From: Thiobacillus sp.
Lineage (GTDB): Bacteria; Pseudomonadota; Gammaproteobacteria; Burkholderiales; Thiobacillaceae
NCBI GenBank assembly: GCA_024708885.1
Contig: JANJXT010000046.1
Coordinates: 28,436-92,435 of the forward strand
DNA: 64,000 nucleotides
Direction of reading: 5' to 3'
Of this stretch, positions 12,743 to 23,061 are shown one piece after another (position 1 is the stretch's first letter; each line of letters starts with the position of its first letter). The position numbers and the translations under genes were made by a program. The notes below the pieces were generated by a model that was not told the origin of the DNA, did not search any database, and worked only from the letters and a program-made list of their open reading frames with translations.

Positions 12743-12746
<4 letters not shown>
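11460..12746 (+). CDS. MacA-like periplasmic adaptor
   Basis: VDVGSELSG, IRSPINGVV, GQTVAASFQAPVLF, LRPGMT. Confidence 0.9.
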
Positions 12747-13446
<700 letters not shown>

Positions 13447-13447
<1 letters not shown>

Positions 13448-14649
13448 TGCTGTGGAACACGCTGCTCCTCGCCCTGCGCGCGATCCGCCGCAACCTGCTG
13501 CGCTCCTTTCTCACCATTCTCGGCATCGTCATCGGCGTCGCCGCAGTCATCACCATGGTCACGCTGGGCAACGGCGCTACACGTTCCGTGTCCGACCAGA
13601 TCGCCAGCATGGGCAGCAATCTGTTGCTGGTGATGCCCGGCCAGCGTTTCGGACCGGGCTCCGAGGGGGCGCCTCCGTTCAAGAGTGCCGATCTCGAAGC
13701 CATTCGCAGCCAGATTTCCTCGGTCGGCGTCGTCGCGCCGGTGGTCAACAAGGCGGCGACCGCGGTGTACCAGGCCAATAACTGGTCCACCGTCGTCACC
13801 GGCAGCAGCGATGACTATTTCCAGGCCGGCAACTGGGTGCTCGCTGCGGGTCGCACCTTCAGCGAAGCGGAGGAGCGTGCCGGCAAGGCGGTGTGCGTGA
13901 TCGGGGAAACCGTGCGCGAAAAGCTCTTTGGCGGCCAGAATCCGGTCGGCAGCGACATCCGCATCAAGCAGTTCGCCTGCGAGGTGATTGGCCTGCTCAA
14001 GCCCAAGGGGCAATCGGCGATGGGTTCCGACCAGGACGACACCGTGGTGATGCCGCTGCGCACCGTGCAGCGCCGTCTCGCTGGCAGTACCGACATCACG
14101 CGTCTGAGCGTTTCCGTGAAGGCGGGTGCCTCGATCGACGCGGCCAAGCGGCAGTTGAGCGAACTGCTGCGTGAACGGCGCAACATCGGTGCGAACGAGG
14201 ACGACGATTTTCGCGTCATGGACACCCGGCAGATCGCGGAAATGCTCACCGCCACCACGCGCATCCTCACCATGCTGTTGGGCGCCGTCGCCGCGGTGAG
14301 CCTGCTCGTTGGCGGCATCGGCATCATGAACATCATGCTGGTGTCGGTGACCGAGCGCACGCGCGAAATCGGCATCCGTCTCGCCATTGGCGCGCTGGAA
14401 CGTGAAGTGCTGCTGCAGTTCCTCATCGAGGCCGTGGTGCTGGCGAGCCTCGGCGGCCTCGTCGGCATCGCGCTGGCCACCGCAGCCTCGATCACGCTCG
14501 CCAACGTGATGCAGATTCCCTATATCTTCGACCCGGCGATCAACCTGCTGTCCTTCCTGTTTTCCGCCGGCATCGGTGTGATCTTCGGTTTTTTTCCCGC
14601 GCGCCGCGCGGCGCAGCTCGACCCCATCGACGCGTTGCGCCACGAGTAG
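13447..14649 (+). CDS. MacB/FtsX-type ABC permease
   Basis: RSFLTILGIVIGV, GGIGIMNIMLVSVTERTREIGIR, PIDALRHE. Confidence 0.93.
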
Positions 14650-14785
14650 CCGGGTCGACCTGATTGTGCGGACGGCTGCCGCCGGGCGCACAACTCAAAA
14701 CGTGATCCATCACTCGCCACTCGCGCTCCGCGGCGTGCTGGTGCGACGTCTGGGAGAGCGGTTCGAAATTTTCTCGCCGCCGTCC

Positions 14786-14834
14786 TTGACATCGGGCAAG
14801 CGCGTGCCTAAAGTAAGTATTCAGTAACTTACTT
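14786..14834 (+). promoter_or_regulatory. Sigma70 promoter with overlapping palindromic operator
   Basis: TTGACA (14786-91), 17 nt, TAAAGT (14809-14); inverted repeat AAGTAAGT-N8-ACTTACTT (14811-14834). Confidence 0.75.
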
Positions 14835-14860
14835 GTGGCCGGTGCCTGCCCGGAATATCC

Positions 14861-16360
14861 ATGGATATGATCCTGAAACCCTTCCCCCGCACGCTGCTCG
14901 CCCTGACGCTGCTGGGCGGCAGCCTGGCTCACGCCGCCGACACGCTGTCGTTGACGGAAGCCATGGCTCGCGCGGTAGCCGCCAATCCGGCGATGCTCCA
15001 GCAGCAGGCGGAGGTGGAAAAACAGACGTTGGAGCAGGGTGTCGCGCATGGCCAGCGTCTGCCGCGCGTCGATCTGAACGCGGACTACACGCGCTACGCC
15101 TATTCCACGCTCATCACGCCGATCCGTGCACCGGGCGTCTTCCCGCCCATGGACCGCGACGTCGCGAACATCGGCTTGGCCCTGAGCCTGCCACTCTACA
15201 GCGGCGGCACGCTGGTCGCCGGGGAGGCACTGGCCACACACAACCGCGAGGCCGCGCTGCAGTCGCTGCGCGCCAGCGAACAGGATCTGCTGTTCAACAT
15301 CGTCGCGACCTATACCAAGGCGCTGCATTTCCGCGAACTGGGCACGGTGCTGGACGCCCGCATCAAGGCGTTGCAACAGCAGGAAAAGGACATCACCCTG
15401 CGTCTGGAGCAGGGCCGTGCCGCCCGCCTCGACCTGATCCGCCTGCAGACCCAGATGTCGCAGGCGCGCTATGACAAGGTGTCCGTCACCCAGGGCGAAG
15501 CCGACGCCCGCAGCCTGCTTGCAGCGCTCCTGGGAGAAGCGGGTCCGGTGGCGCCGCTTGCCGCGCTCGGCCCCACCGTGCCCGCTCTGCCGGATACACA
15601 GGCCGCCGCGCTGACGCGTGCGATCGCGCGGCGTCCCGATCTGCTCAAGCTCGACGCCATGGGCCTCGCGGCGGAGCAGAAAACGGCCATCGCGCGGGGA
15701 GAACGCCTGCCGCAGGTCAAGCTGACGGCGAAGGCGCAGGAGAGTTCGGGCGGCGACTGGACGGGCCATGACGACTGGAACCTGGGTCTGCGCCTGACCA
15801 TGCCGGTTTTCGACGGCAACATCCGCAAACGCCGTGTCGAGCAGGCCACGCTCGAACAGAGGCAGATGCGCCTGCAGCGCGACGACGCGCACAACCGCAT
15901 CGCGAGCGAGGTCGAGCAGGCGTTCGGGGCACTGACCGAGTCGCGTGCGCGGCTGGATTTCGCCACCCAGGGCGAGGCCGAGGCACGCGAAGCCCTGCGC
16001 ATCGAGAACCTGCGCTATCACAGCGGCGAGAGCACCATCACCGACCTGCTCGGCGCCGAGGTCGCGCTGTGGTCGGCCACCGCCAACCGTCTGCAGGCCG
16101 GCTACGACATTACCGCGAGCCAGGCGCGCCTGCTGCGCGCGATGGGTGAGCTTGCACCGGACAGCTTCAAGTCTGCGGCCGAAGGCGACAGGAGCACCGT
16201 TGTTCACCGTCTCGAGCAATATCTGGCATGGCATCGCTGCGGCTTCGACTGCGGAATCACCGACGCGGAGGTGCCTGCGCCCACCGCCGCATCGCCCCAT
16301 CCACGTCGCATCGCAGCCGGTCATCCGGGACGTCCCCTTCAGCAAGGAGCAAAACTATGA
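14861..16360 (+). CDS. TolC family outer membrane efflux protein
   Basis: Signal peptide, LSLTEAMARAVAANP, two OEP repeats (LPRVDL..LPLYSGG; LPQVKL..MPVFDG). Confidence 0.9.
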   Translation: MDMILKPFPRTLLALTLLGGSLAHAADTLSLTEAMARAVAANPAMLQQQAEVEKQTLEQGVAHGQRLPRVDLNADYTRYAYSTLITPIRAPGVFPPMDRDVANIGLALSLPLYSGGTLVAGEALATHNREAALQSLRASEQDLLFNIVATYTKALHFRELGTVLDARIKALQQQEKDITLRLEQGRAARLDLIRLQTQMSQARYDKVSVTQGEADARSLLAALLGEAGPVAPLAALGPTVPALPDTQAAALTRAIARRPDLLKLDAMGLAAEQKTAIARGERLPQVKLTAKAQESSGGDWTGHDDWNLGLRLTMPVFDGNIRKRRVEQATLEQRQMRLQRDDAHNRIASEVEQAFGALTESRARLDFATQGEAEAREALRIENLRYHSGESTITDLLGAEVALWSATANRLQAGYDITASQARLLRAMGELAPDSFKSAAEGDRSTVVHRLEQYLAWHRCGFDCGITDAEVPAPTAASPHPRRIAAGHPGRPLQQGAKL

Positions 16361-17358
16361 ACAAGAAGATCGTGATTGCAGCCGTGCTCGTCGCCGCAGG
16401 GATCGGTGCCGCGGCACTGTGGAAGCTGCAACCCTGGGGGGCGCCGGTGGACGATGATTCGGTGTTCGCCTCGGGAACAGTGGACGCCACCGAGGTCGTG
16501 GTGTCCTTCCGCGTGCCCGGCACGTTGCGCCAGCGCCCGGTGGAAGAAGGCAGCGTGGTCAAGGCCGGCGATCGGATCGCCGCGCTCGACGACCGTGAGG
16601 CCCTCGCGCGCCTGCAGCAGGCGGAAGCTGCACGGCAGGCCGCGCAGGCGCGTCTCGCGGATCTGGAGCAAGGCTACCGTCCGCAGGAAATCGCCGAGGC
16701 GCGCGCCCAGGTCGAGCAGGCGCGCACCAACCTTGCCCACCTGGAGGACGAGGCCAAACGCTCCGAGATCCTGTTCGAAGGCGGCGCCACCAGCCGCCAG
16801 CGCCAGGATCGCGACCGCACGGCGGCCGCCGTGGCCGTACAGCAGCACAAGGCCGCGCAGGAACGCCTGAAGCTGTTGCAGGGTGGTTACCGTCCCGAGA
16901 CCATCCGCGCTGCCGCGGCGCAGATCGAGGAGGCGGACGCCGCGGTCGCGGCCGCGCGCGTCGCGCTGGACGACCTGCAGGCGACCATACCGGTTGCCGG
17001 TGTGGTCACCCGCACCCATGCGGAAGTCGGCGAGACCCTGGGCGCAGGACGTCCGGTGGCGAGCGTCACCGACATCGCGCGGCCATGGATACGCGTCTAC
17101 ATTCCGGAAAACCTGATCGGCAAGGTGCGCCTGGGCATGCCGGCCAAGGTGACGGTCGACACCTTTCCCGATCGCGCATTCAACGGCCGCGTGAGCTATG
17201 TGTCGTCGCAGGCGGAATTCACGCCGAAGAACGTGCAGACGCAGGAAGAGCGCGTCAAGCTGGTGTTCGCGGTCAACGTGACGGTGGACAACACCGACGG
17301 CACCCTGAAACCCGGCATGCCGGCCGACGTGACGATCACGGGCGCGACCCGGCCATGA
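16357..17358 (+). CDS. HlyD/YbhG-like membrane fusion protein
   Basis: SGTVDATEV, AEFTPKNVQTQEER, LKPGMPADV; AAGGAG RBS. Confidence 0.9.
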   Translation: MNKKIVIAAVLVAAGIGAAALWKLQPWGAPVDDDSVFASGTVDATEVVVSFRVPGTLRQRPVEEGSVVKAGDRIAALDDREALARLQQAEAARQAAQARLADLEQGYRPQEIAEARAQVEQARTNLAHLEDEAKRSEILFEGGATSRQRQDRDRTAAAVAVQQHKAAQERLKLLQGGYRPETIRAAAAQIEEADAAVAAARVALDDLQATIPVAGVVTRTHAEVGETLGAGRPVASVTDIARPWIRVYIPENLIGKVRLGMPAKVTVDTFPDRAFNGRVSYVSSQAEFTPKNVQTQEERVKLVFAVNVTVDNTDGTLKPGMPADVTITGATRP

Positions 17359-18287
17359 GCGAACTCGCCATCCGCACCCGTGACCTCGGTCGCGCCTTCG
17401 GCGAGCTGTGGGCGGTACGCGGGCTCGACCTCGAGGTCCGGCGCGGCGAAATCTTTGGCCTGGTCGGCCCCGACGGCGCCGGCAAGACCACCACCATGCG
17501 CATGCTCACCGGCATTCTCGCTGCGAGCGAGGGCGAGGCCGAGGTCGCGGGATTTTCCATCCGCGGCGGCGAGGAGGACATCAAGCTGCGCATCAGCTAC
17601 ATGTCGCAACGCTTCGGCCTGTACGGCGACCTCAGCGTGGAGGAGAACCTGCGCTTTTACGCCGATCTCTACGAGGTGCCGCGGCGCGAGCGCGAACCCC
17701 TGGAGGAACGCCTGCTCGGCTTTTCCAACCTGACGCCTTTCCGCAAGCGCCTGGCGCGCAACCTGTCCGGCGGCATGAAGCAGAAGCTCGGGCTGGCCTG
17801 CGCCCTCATCCACAAGCCGGAAATCCTGTTTCTGGACGAGCCGACCAATGGTGTCGACCCGGTGTCGCGGCGCGATTTTTGGCGCATCCTCTACGCCATG
17901 CTCAAGGAAGGCGTGACGATCTTCGTCTCCACCGCCTACCTCGACGAGGCCGAACGTTGCAGTCGCGTGGGGCTCATGCACAGCGGCCGCCTGATCCAGT
18001 GCGACACCCCGCAGCAGCTCAAGCTGGGCATGGCCGGCCAGCTTCTGGAGTTGGAGATCGAACGTCCGCGCGCGGCGCGCGAGGCGCTGGCCGCAGAATT
18101 CGGCGGCCAGCGCGTCAGCCTGTTCGGCGGCGCGCTGCACGTCCACGCCGACGACGACGCGGATGCCGAGGTCGCGCTGCGCATCCTGGCGCAGGCCGGT
18201 TTCGCCGTGCATTCGAAAAAGCTCATTACGCCGAGCCTGGAGGATGTGTTCATCCGTTATGTCGGCGAGGACGAGGCACACGGATGA
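17355..18287 (+). CDS. ABC transporter ATP-binding protein (YbhF N-half-like)
   Basis: GPDGAGKTT, LSGGMKQKL, LDEPTNGVDP. Confidence 0.92.
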   Translation: MSELAIRTRDLGRAFGELWAVRGLDLEVRRGEIFGLVGPDGAGKTTTMRMLTGILAASEGEAEVAGFSIRGGEEDIKLRISYMSQRFGLYGDLSVEENLRFYADLYEVPRREREPLEERLLGFSNLTPFRKRLARNLSGGMKQKLGLACALIHKPEILFLDEPTNGVDPVSRRDFWRILYAMLKEGVTIFVSTAYLDEAERCSRVGLMHSGRLIQCDTPQQLKLGMAGQLLELEIERPRAAREALAAEFGGQRVSLFGGALHVHADDDADAEVALRILAQAGFAVHSKKLITPSLEDVFIRYVGEDEAHG

Positions 18288-19237
18288 ATACGCAACCCGC
18301 CGTCGAAGTGCGCGAACTGACGCGCAAGTTCGGTGACTTCGTCGCCGTCGACCGCGTGTCGCTCACCGTGGCGAAGGGTGAAGTGTTCGGCTTTCTCGGC
18401 CCCAACGGCGCCGGCAAATCGACCACCATCCGCATGCTGTGCGGGCTGTTGTTGCCGAGCTCGGGTGAAGGCCGCGTGGCGGGTTTCGACATCATGACCG
18501 AGTCGGAAACCATCAAGCGCCACATCGGCTACATGTCGCAGAAGTTCTCCCTCTACGACGATCTCACCGTGGAAGAGAACATCGATTTCTACTCCGGAAT
18601 CTACAATGTGCCGCGCGCAAAACGCCGCGAGCGCAAGGACTGGGTGCTGGACATGGCGGGGCTCGCCGACAAGCGTGGCCTCCTCACCGGGGCGCTCGCC
18701 GGCGGCTGGAAACAGCGCCTCGCACTCGGCTGCGCGGTGCTGCACGAACCGCCCATCGTGTTCCTTGACGAACCCACTTCGGGCGTCGATCCGCTGTCAC
18801 GCCGCCAGTTCTGGGATCTCATCGCGCAGATGTCGCATCGCGGCACCACGGTATTCGTCACCACGCACTACATGGAAGAGGCCGAATACTGCGACGAGCT
18901 CGCGCTCATCTACCGCGGCCGCATGATCGCCAAGGGCGAGCCGGCCGAACTGAAAGCCCTGATTCCCGAGGACATCCTCGAACTGCGCGTCGATCGCCCC
19001 TTCGAGGCGCTGGAGCAACTGGAAACCTCGGGGCTGGTAAAGGACGTCGCGCTGTTCGGCGACACCCTGCACGCGGTGGTTGGTGACGCCGCAGCGGGCG
19101 GCGCGGCAGTGGGCGCGTTCCTTGCAGAGCGCGGCTTCGCGGCGCGCGGCATCACCCAGGTGTTGCCGTCGATGGAAGACGTGTTCGTCTCGCTGATCGA
19201 ACTCGAGGACCGCCGCGAACAGGAGAGGCAGTCATGA
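18284..19237 (+). CDS. ABC transporter ATP-binding protein (YbhF C-half-like)
   Basis: GPNGAGKST, LAGGWKQRL, LDEPTSGVDP, THYMEEAE. Confidence 0.92.
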   Translation: MNTQPAVEVRELTRKFGDFVAVDRVSLTVAKGEVFGFLGPNGAGKSTTIRMLCGLLLPSSGEGRVAGFDIMTESETIKRHIGYMSQKFSLYDDLTVEENIDFYSGIYNVPRAKRRERKDWVLDMAGLADKRGLLTGALAGGWKQRLALGCAVLHEPPIVFLDEPTSGVDPLSRRQFWDLIAQMSHRGTTVFVTTHYMEEAEYCDELALIYRGRMIAKGEPAELKALIPEDILELRVDRPFEALEQLETSGLVKDVALFGDTLHAVVGDAAAGGAAVGAFLAERGFAARGITQVLPSMEDVFVSLIELEDRREQERQS

Positions 19238-20358
19238 AGCGGCGCACCTTTTCCTGGATCCGCCTGTGGGCGCTGGTGAAGAAGGAGTTCATCCACATCC
19301 TGCGCGACCCGCGTTCGCTGGCGATGGCCTTCCTCATGCCGCTGATCCTGCTGATCCTGTTCGGCTACGCCATCACCATGGACATCAAGACGCTCAACCT
19401 GGCGGTCTACGACCAGGACCAGAGCGCCGCCAGCCGGCAGTATCTGGAGAGTTTTCCGGCGTCGAGCTATTTCACCGTGGTGGCAGCGCTCGACAGCTAT
19501 GCGGCGGCGCGCGATGAACTCGACCGCGGTCGGGCGCATCTCGTGCTGGTCATTCCCCGGCATTTCGCGCGCGACCTCGAACAGGGGCGCAGCGCATCGG
19601 TGCAGGTCATCGCCGATGGTGCGGATGCCAACACCGCGACTATCGCGCTGGGCTATGTCGAGGCGATCACCAACCGCTTCAGCAGCAAGCAGCAGGGGCG
19701 CGCGATCGAGCTTGCCGTCGATAACCGGGTGCGGGTCTGGTACAACCCCGAGCTGAAAAGCCGCTGGTTCATCATCCCCGGCCTCATCGCGGTGATCATG
19801 ACGGTGATCACCGCGTTGCTCACCTCGCTCACCGTCTCGCGCGAGTGGGAAAGCGGCACCATGGAGCAGCTGATCGCCACGCCGGTGCAGCCGCTCGAAC
19901 TCTTTCTCGGCAAGATGGCGCCGTATTTCGTCATCGGTGTCGCCGACGTGCTGTTCTCGGTGGCGATGGGGGTGTGGGTGTTCGGCGTTCCCCTGCGGGG
20001 CAGCTTTCTATTCCTGCTCGGTGTCACCGCGATGTTCCTGGTGGGGGGGCTGAGCCTCGGCATCATGGTGTCCACCATCGCACGCTCGCAGCTTGTCGCG
20101 AGCCAGCTCGCCATGGTGGTCACCTTCCTGCCCGCGTTCCTGCTTTCCGGCTTCCTGTATTCCATCGACAACATGCCGCGCTTCCTGCAGGTGGTCACCC
20201 ACGTGGTGCAGGCGCGCTACTTCGTCGAGGTCCTGAAGAACATCTTCCTCAAGGCCAGTCCGCCGTCATTCGTCGCGGACGACCTGATTTTCCTTGGCCT
20301 GTTCGCGGTGGTGGTGTTCGCCATCGCGCTGGGCAAGTTCCGCAAGAAGCTGAGTTGA
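19234..20358 (+). CDS. ABC-2 permease (YbhS-like)
   Basis: KEFIHILRDPRS, WYNPEL, REWESGTMEQL. Confidence 0.9.
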   Translation: MKRRTFSWIRLWALVKKEFIHILRDPRSLAMAFLMPLILLILFGYAITMDIKTLNLAVYDQDQSAASRQYLESFPASSYFTVVAALDSYAAARDELDRGRAHLVLVIPRHFARDLEQGRSASVQVIADGADANTATIALGYVEAITNRFSSKQQGRAIELAVDNRVRVWYNPELKSRWFIIPGLIAVIMTVITALLTSLTVSREWESGTMEQLIATPVQPLELFLGKMAPYFVIGVADVLFSVAMGVWVFGVPLRGSFLFLLGVTAMFLVGGLSLGIMVSTIARSQLVASQLAMVVTFLPAFLLSGFLYSIDNMPRFLQVVTHVVQARYFVEVLKNIFLKASPPSFVADDLIFLGLFAVVVFAIALGKFRKKLS

Positions 20359-20366
20359 GGCGCGCC

Positions 20367-21470
20367 ATGTGGGAACGCATCTATCGCATGCTGGTGAAGG
20401 AGTTCATCCAGGTCCTGCGCGACCCGCGCATGAAGGCACTGATCTTCGTCATGCCGGTGATCCAGCTGATCATGTTCGGCTATGCCGTGACCACCGACGT
20501 CGATCACATCAAGACGGCGGTGTGCGACTTCGACCAGAGCCCGCAAAGCCGGGCGCTGATCGAGCGCTTCACGGCCTCCGGCTATTTCACCGTGGTGGCA
20601 CACGCGGAGCGTCCGAGTGAACTGGGCGAACTGCTTGACCGCAGCAAGGCGACCATTGCCATCCAGATCAACCGTGGCTTCGCCGACGACCTGCGTGCCG
20701 GGCGGCAGGCGGCGATCCAGACGCTGGTGGACGGCACCGATTCCAACACCGGCACTGTGGCGATGGACTACGCGCAGCGCATCACCCAGGCGTATGCCCG
20801 CGAGTGGGTGGACGAGGTCGAAGCCTCTCCGGTCGAACTGCGTTCGCGCGCCTGGTTCAACCCCGACCTGAAAAGCCGCTATTTCAACGTGCCGGGTGTG
20901 ATCGCCGTGGTACTGCTGCTGATTTCGCTGCTGCTCACCGCGATGGCCATCGTGCGCGAGCGCGAGATCGGCACCATGGAACAGCTGATGGTCACGCCGA
21001 TCCGCCCGCTCGAACTCATACTCGGCAAGACGCTGCCCTTCGTGCTGATCAGCTTCGTCGACGTGCTGGTGGTGACCGCGATCGGTGTCAACTGGTTCGA
21101 CGTGCCGATCCGCGGCAGCCTCGTGCTGTTGCTGTTCGGCTCCGGCCTGTACCTGATGTCGACCATCGGCATCGGCCTGTTCATATCGACCGTGTCGCAG
21201 ACGCAGCAGCAGGCGCTGATGTCCGCGTTCTTCTTCTATCTGCCCGCGGTGCTGCTGTCCGGCTTCATGTTCCCCATTTCGAACATGCCGGAGCCCGCCC
21301 AATGGCTCACCTATCTCAACCCGCTGCGCTACTTTCTCGAGATCATTCGCGCCATCTTCCTCAAGGGCAGCGGGCTGGATGTCCTCTGGCCCCAGTTCGC
21401 CGCCCTGGCGGCGCTCGGCGCCGCACTTCTCACCATCAGTTCGCTTCGTTTCCAGAAAAGGATGACCTGA
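20367..21470 (+). CDS. ABC-2 permease (YbhR-like)
   Basis: KEFIQVLRDPR, WFNPDL, REREIGTMEQL, LSGFMFPISNMP. Confidence 0.9.
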   Translation: MWERIYRMLVKEFIQVLRDPRMKALIFVMPVIQLIMFGYAVTTDVDHIKTAVCDFDQSPQSRALIERFTASGYFTVVAHAERPSELGELLDRSKATIAIQINRGFADDLRAGRQAAIQTLVDGTDSNTGTVAMDYAQRITQAYAREWVDEVEASPVELRSRAWFNPDLKSRYFNVPGVIAVVLLLISLLLTAMAIVREREIGTMEQLMVTPIRPLELILGKTLPFVLISFVDVLVVTAIGVNWFDVPIRGSLVLLLFGSGLYLMSTIGIGLFISTVSQTQQQALMSAFFFYLPAVLLSGFMFPISNMPEPAQWLTYLNPLRYFLEIIRAIFLKGSGLDVLWPQFAALAALGAALLTISSLRFQKRMT

Positions 21471-21471
21471 C

Positions 21472-21894
21472 ATGAAAAAACGCTTGTTCGCGGCCGCCGG
21501 CCTTTTCATTGCCGCCGTCGGCGCCCACGCCGCCGAACCGCTTGCCCTGCAGAAAATCATGAAAGACCTCGGCCGCAACATGCAGGTCGTCACCGACGGC
21601 ATTTCCCGTGAAGACTGGGATCTGGTGGAGAAAACCGCACCGCTGATTGCGGATCACCCACAGCCGCCGCTAGGCGAGAAGATGCGCATCATGGCTTTTG
21701 TCGGCAGCGACATGGGCAAATTCAAGGCGCATGACGGCAGAACGCACGATGCTGCACGGGCTCTGGACAAAGCCGCCAGGCTCAAGGACGGCCCAGGCGT
21801 GATCGTAGCCTTCGCGACGCTTCAGGGTGCCTGCCATGACTGCCATCGGGAGTTCCGCAAGCCGTTTGTGGACCACTTCTATGGCTCACGCTAA
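21472..21894 (+). CDS. Periplasmic class II cytochrome c (cytochrome c'-like)
   Basis: Signal peptide (AHA), helical body, C-terminal CHDCH haem motif. Confidence 0.85.
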   Translation: MKKRLFAAAGLFIAAVGAHAAEPLALQKIMKDLGRNMQVVTDGISREDWDLVEKTAPLIADHPQPPLGEKMRIMAFVGSDMGKFKAHDGRTHDAARALDKAARLKDGPGVIVAFATLQGACHDCHREFRKPFVDHFYGSR

Positions 21895-21910
21895 CCCAAG
21901 GAGACCATTC

Positions 21911-22333
21911 ATGAACTCCCCCCGTTCTCCGCGCAGCATTCCGCTACTGGCTGCTTCCATCATCGGCATCGCATTCGGCCTGTTGACGCTCAAGGAAGGC
22001 GGCACGGTCCTGTTCGGCGGCGAGGCAGCCCGTGCCGCCGCCGGCCACTACGTGCCTTTCGTGCTCTGGTTCAATTTCCTCGCCGGCTTCGCCTACATCA
22101 TCGCTGGCATTGGCCTGTGGCTGCGGCAACGCCGGGCAGCGTACGCGGCAATCGCCATCGCTGCCGCGACGGCGGGGGTGTTTCTCGCGTTCGGTGTTCA
22201 CATCCTGTTTGGCGGCGCCTTCGAAATGCGCACCGTCATTGCCATGACCTTTCGTACCGGAATCTGGGTGGCGATTGCCGTCATCGCGTGGCGGGCCTTG
22301 TCGCGCATGCCCGTTTTGGAACCTGCGCCATGA
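21911..22333 (+). CDS. Small 4-TM membrane protein
   Basis: AAGGAG RBS; four hydrophobic segments, YVPFVLWFNFLAGFAY, FEMRTVIAMTFR. Confidence 0.8.
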   Translation: MNSPRSPRSIPLLAASIIGIAFGLLTLKEGGTVLFGGEAARAAAGHYVPFVLWFNFLAGFAYIIAGIGLWLRQRRAAYAAIAIAAATAGVFLAFGVHILFGGAFEMRTVIAMTFRTGIWVAIAVIAWRALSRMPVLEPAP

Positions 22334-23061
22334 GCGGCCGCTGGCTGGGCATGCTCGTGCTCGTGATGCCGCTGTTTGCCTTTGCGCAGGAGACGGCTGA
22401 CACGAAAGTCGCGCACGGCACCTCGCCGGTCTTCGGGCACACGCGCCCGGATTTTTCCGGTGACTGGCAACTCAATGCAAAGGCCAGCGACGATCCGCGG
22501 GCGAAGCTGCGCGAGGCGATGCAGGCATCGCGCCAGGCAGCCGGTGGCGGGCGCGGCATGGGCGGGGGCATGGGTCGGGGAGGTGGCGGAAAGGGGCGCG
22601 GCGACATGGGCGGCGCCGGTGGCGCGGGCGGCATGGGCGGCTCAAGCGCGGAACTTTCCGGGCAGTTGGCGGCGGCGCAGAGACTGCACATCAGTCATGA
22701 AGATCCGGCATTGCTCATCGTCGACGAAAACGAACGGCCGCAGCGCCTGTACACGGACTTTCGCGGTGGCAGCGTGTCCGCGGGCGGCGGGCTCGAGCAG
22801 CGCGTGTCCGTCGCCGGCTGGGAAGGTGCCGCGCTGGTGGTCGAGACCGCAATGCTTGGCAGAAAGACCATCCAGCAATACGCGTTTGACAAGGCGAACG
22901 AACAGCTCGTCGTCACCACGCAAGCCGAGGGGCCGTCCATGCCCCGGGTGTCGTACCGTCTGGTGTACGACCGCGTGAAACCGGACCCGCACAGCGAATC
23001 CGCCGCGGCGACGACCGTCGGCGCTGATCGTGCCGCCTCGTCGGAGGAGACGCGACGATGA
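22330..23061 (+). CDS. Exported hypothetical protein with Gly/Met-rich insert
   Basis: Signal peptide, PDFSGDWQLNAKASDDP, GGGRGMGGGMGRGGGG tract; ATGA overlaps on both sides. Confidence 0.7.
   Translation: MSGRWLGMLVLVMPLFAFAQETADTKVAHGTSPVFGHTRPDFSGDWQLNAKASDDPRAKLREAMQASRQAAGGGRGMGGGMGRGGGGKGRGDMGGAGGAGGMGGSSAELSGQLAAAQRLHISHEDPALLIVDENERPQRLYTDFRGGSVSAGGGLEQRVSVAGWEGAALVVETAMLGRKTIQQYAFDKANEQLVVTTQAEGPSMPRVSYRLVYDRVKPDPHSESAAATTVGADRAASSEETRR

Noticed and set aside
22546-22642. G-rich GGC repeats as a DNA-level repeat element
   Set aside because: Explained by the Gly/Met-rich low-complexity segment of the exported protein
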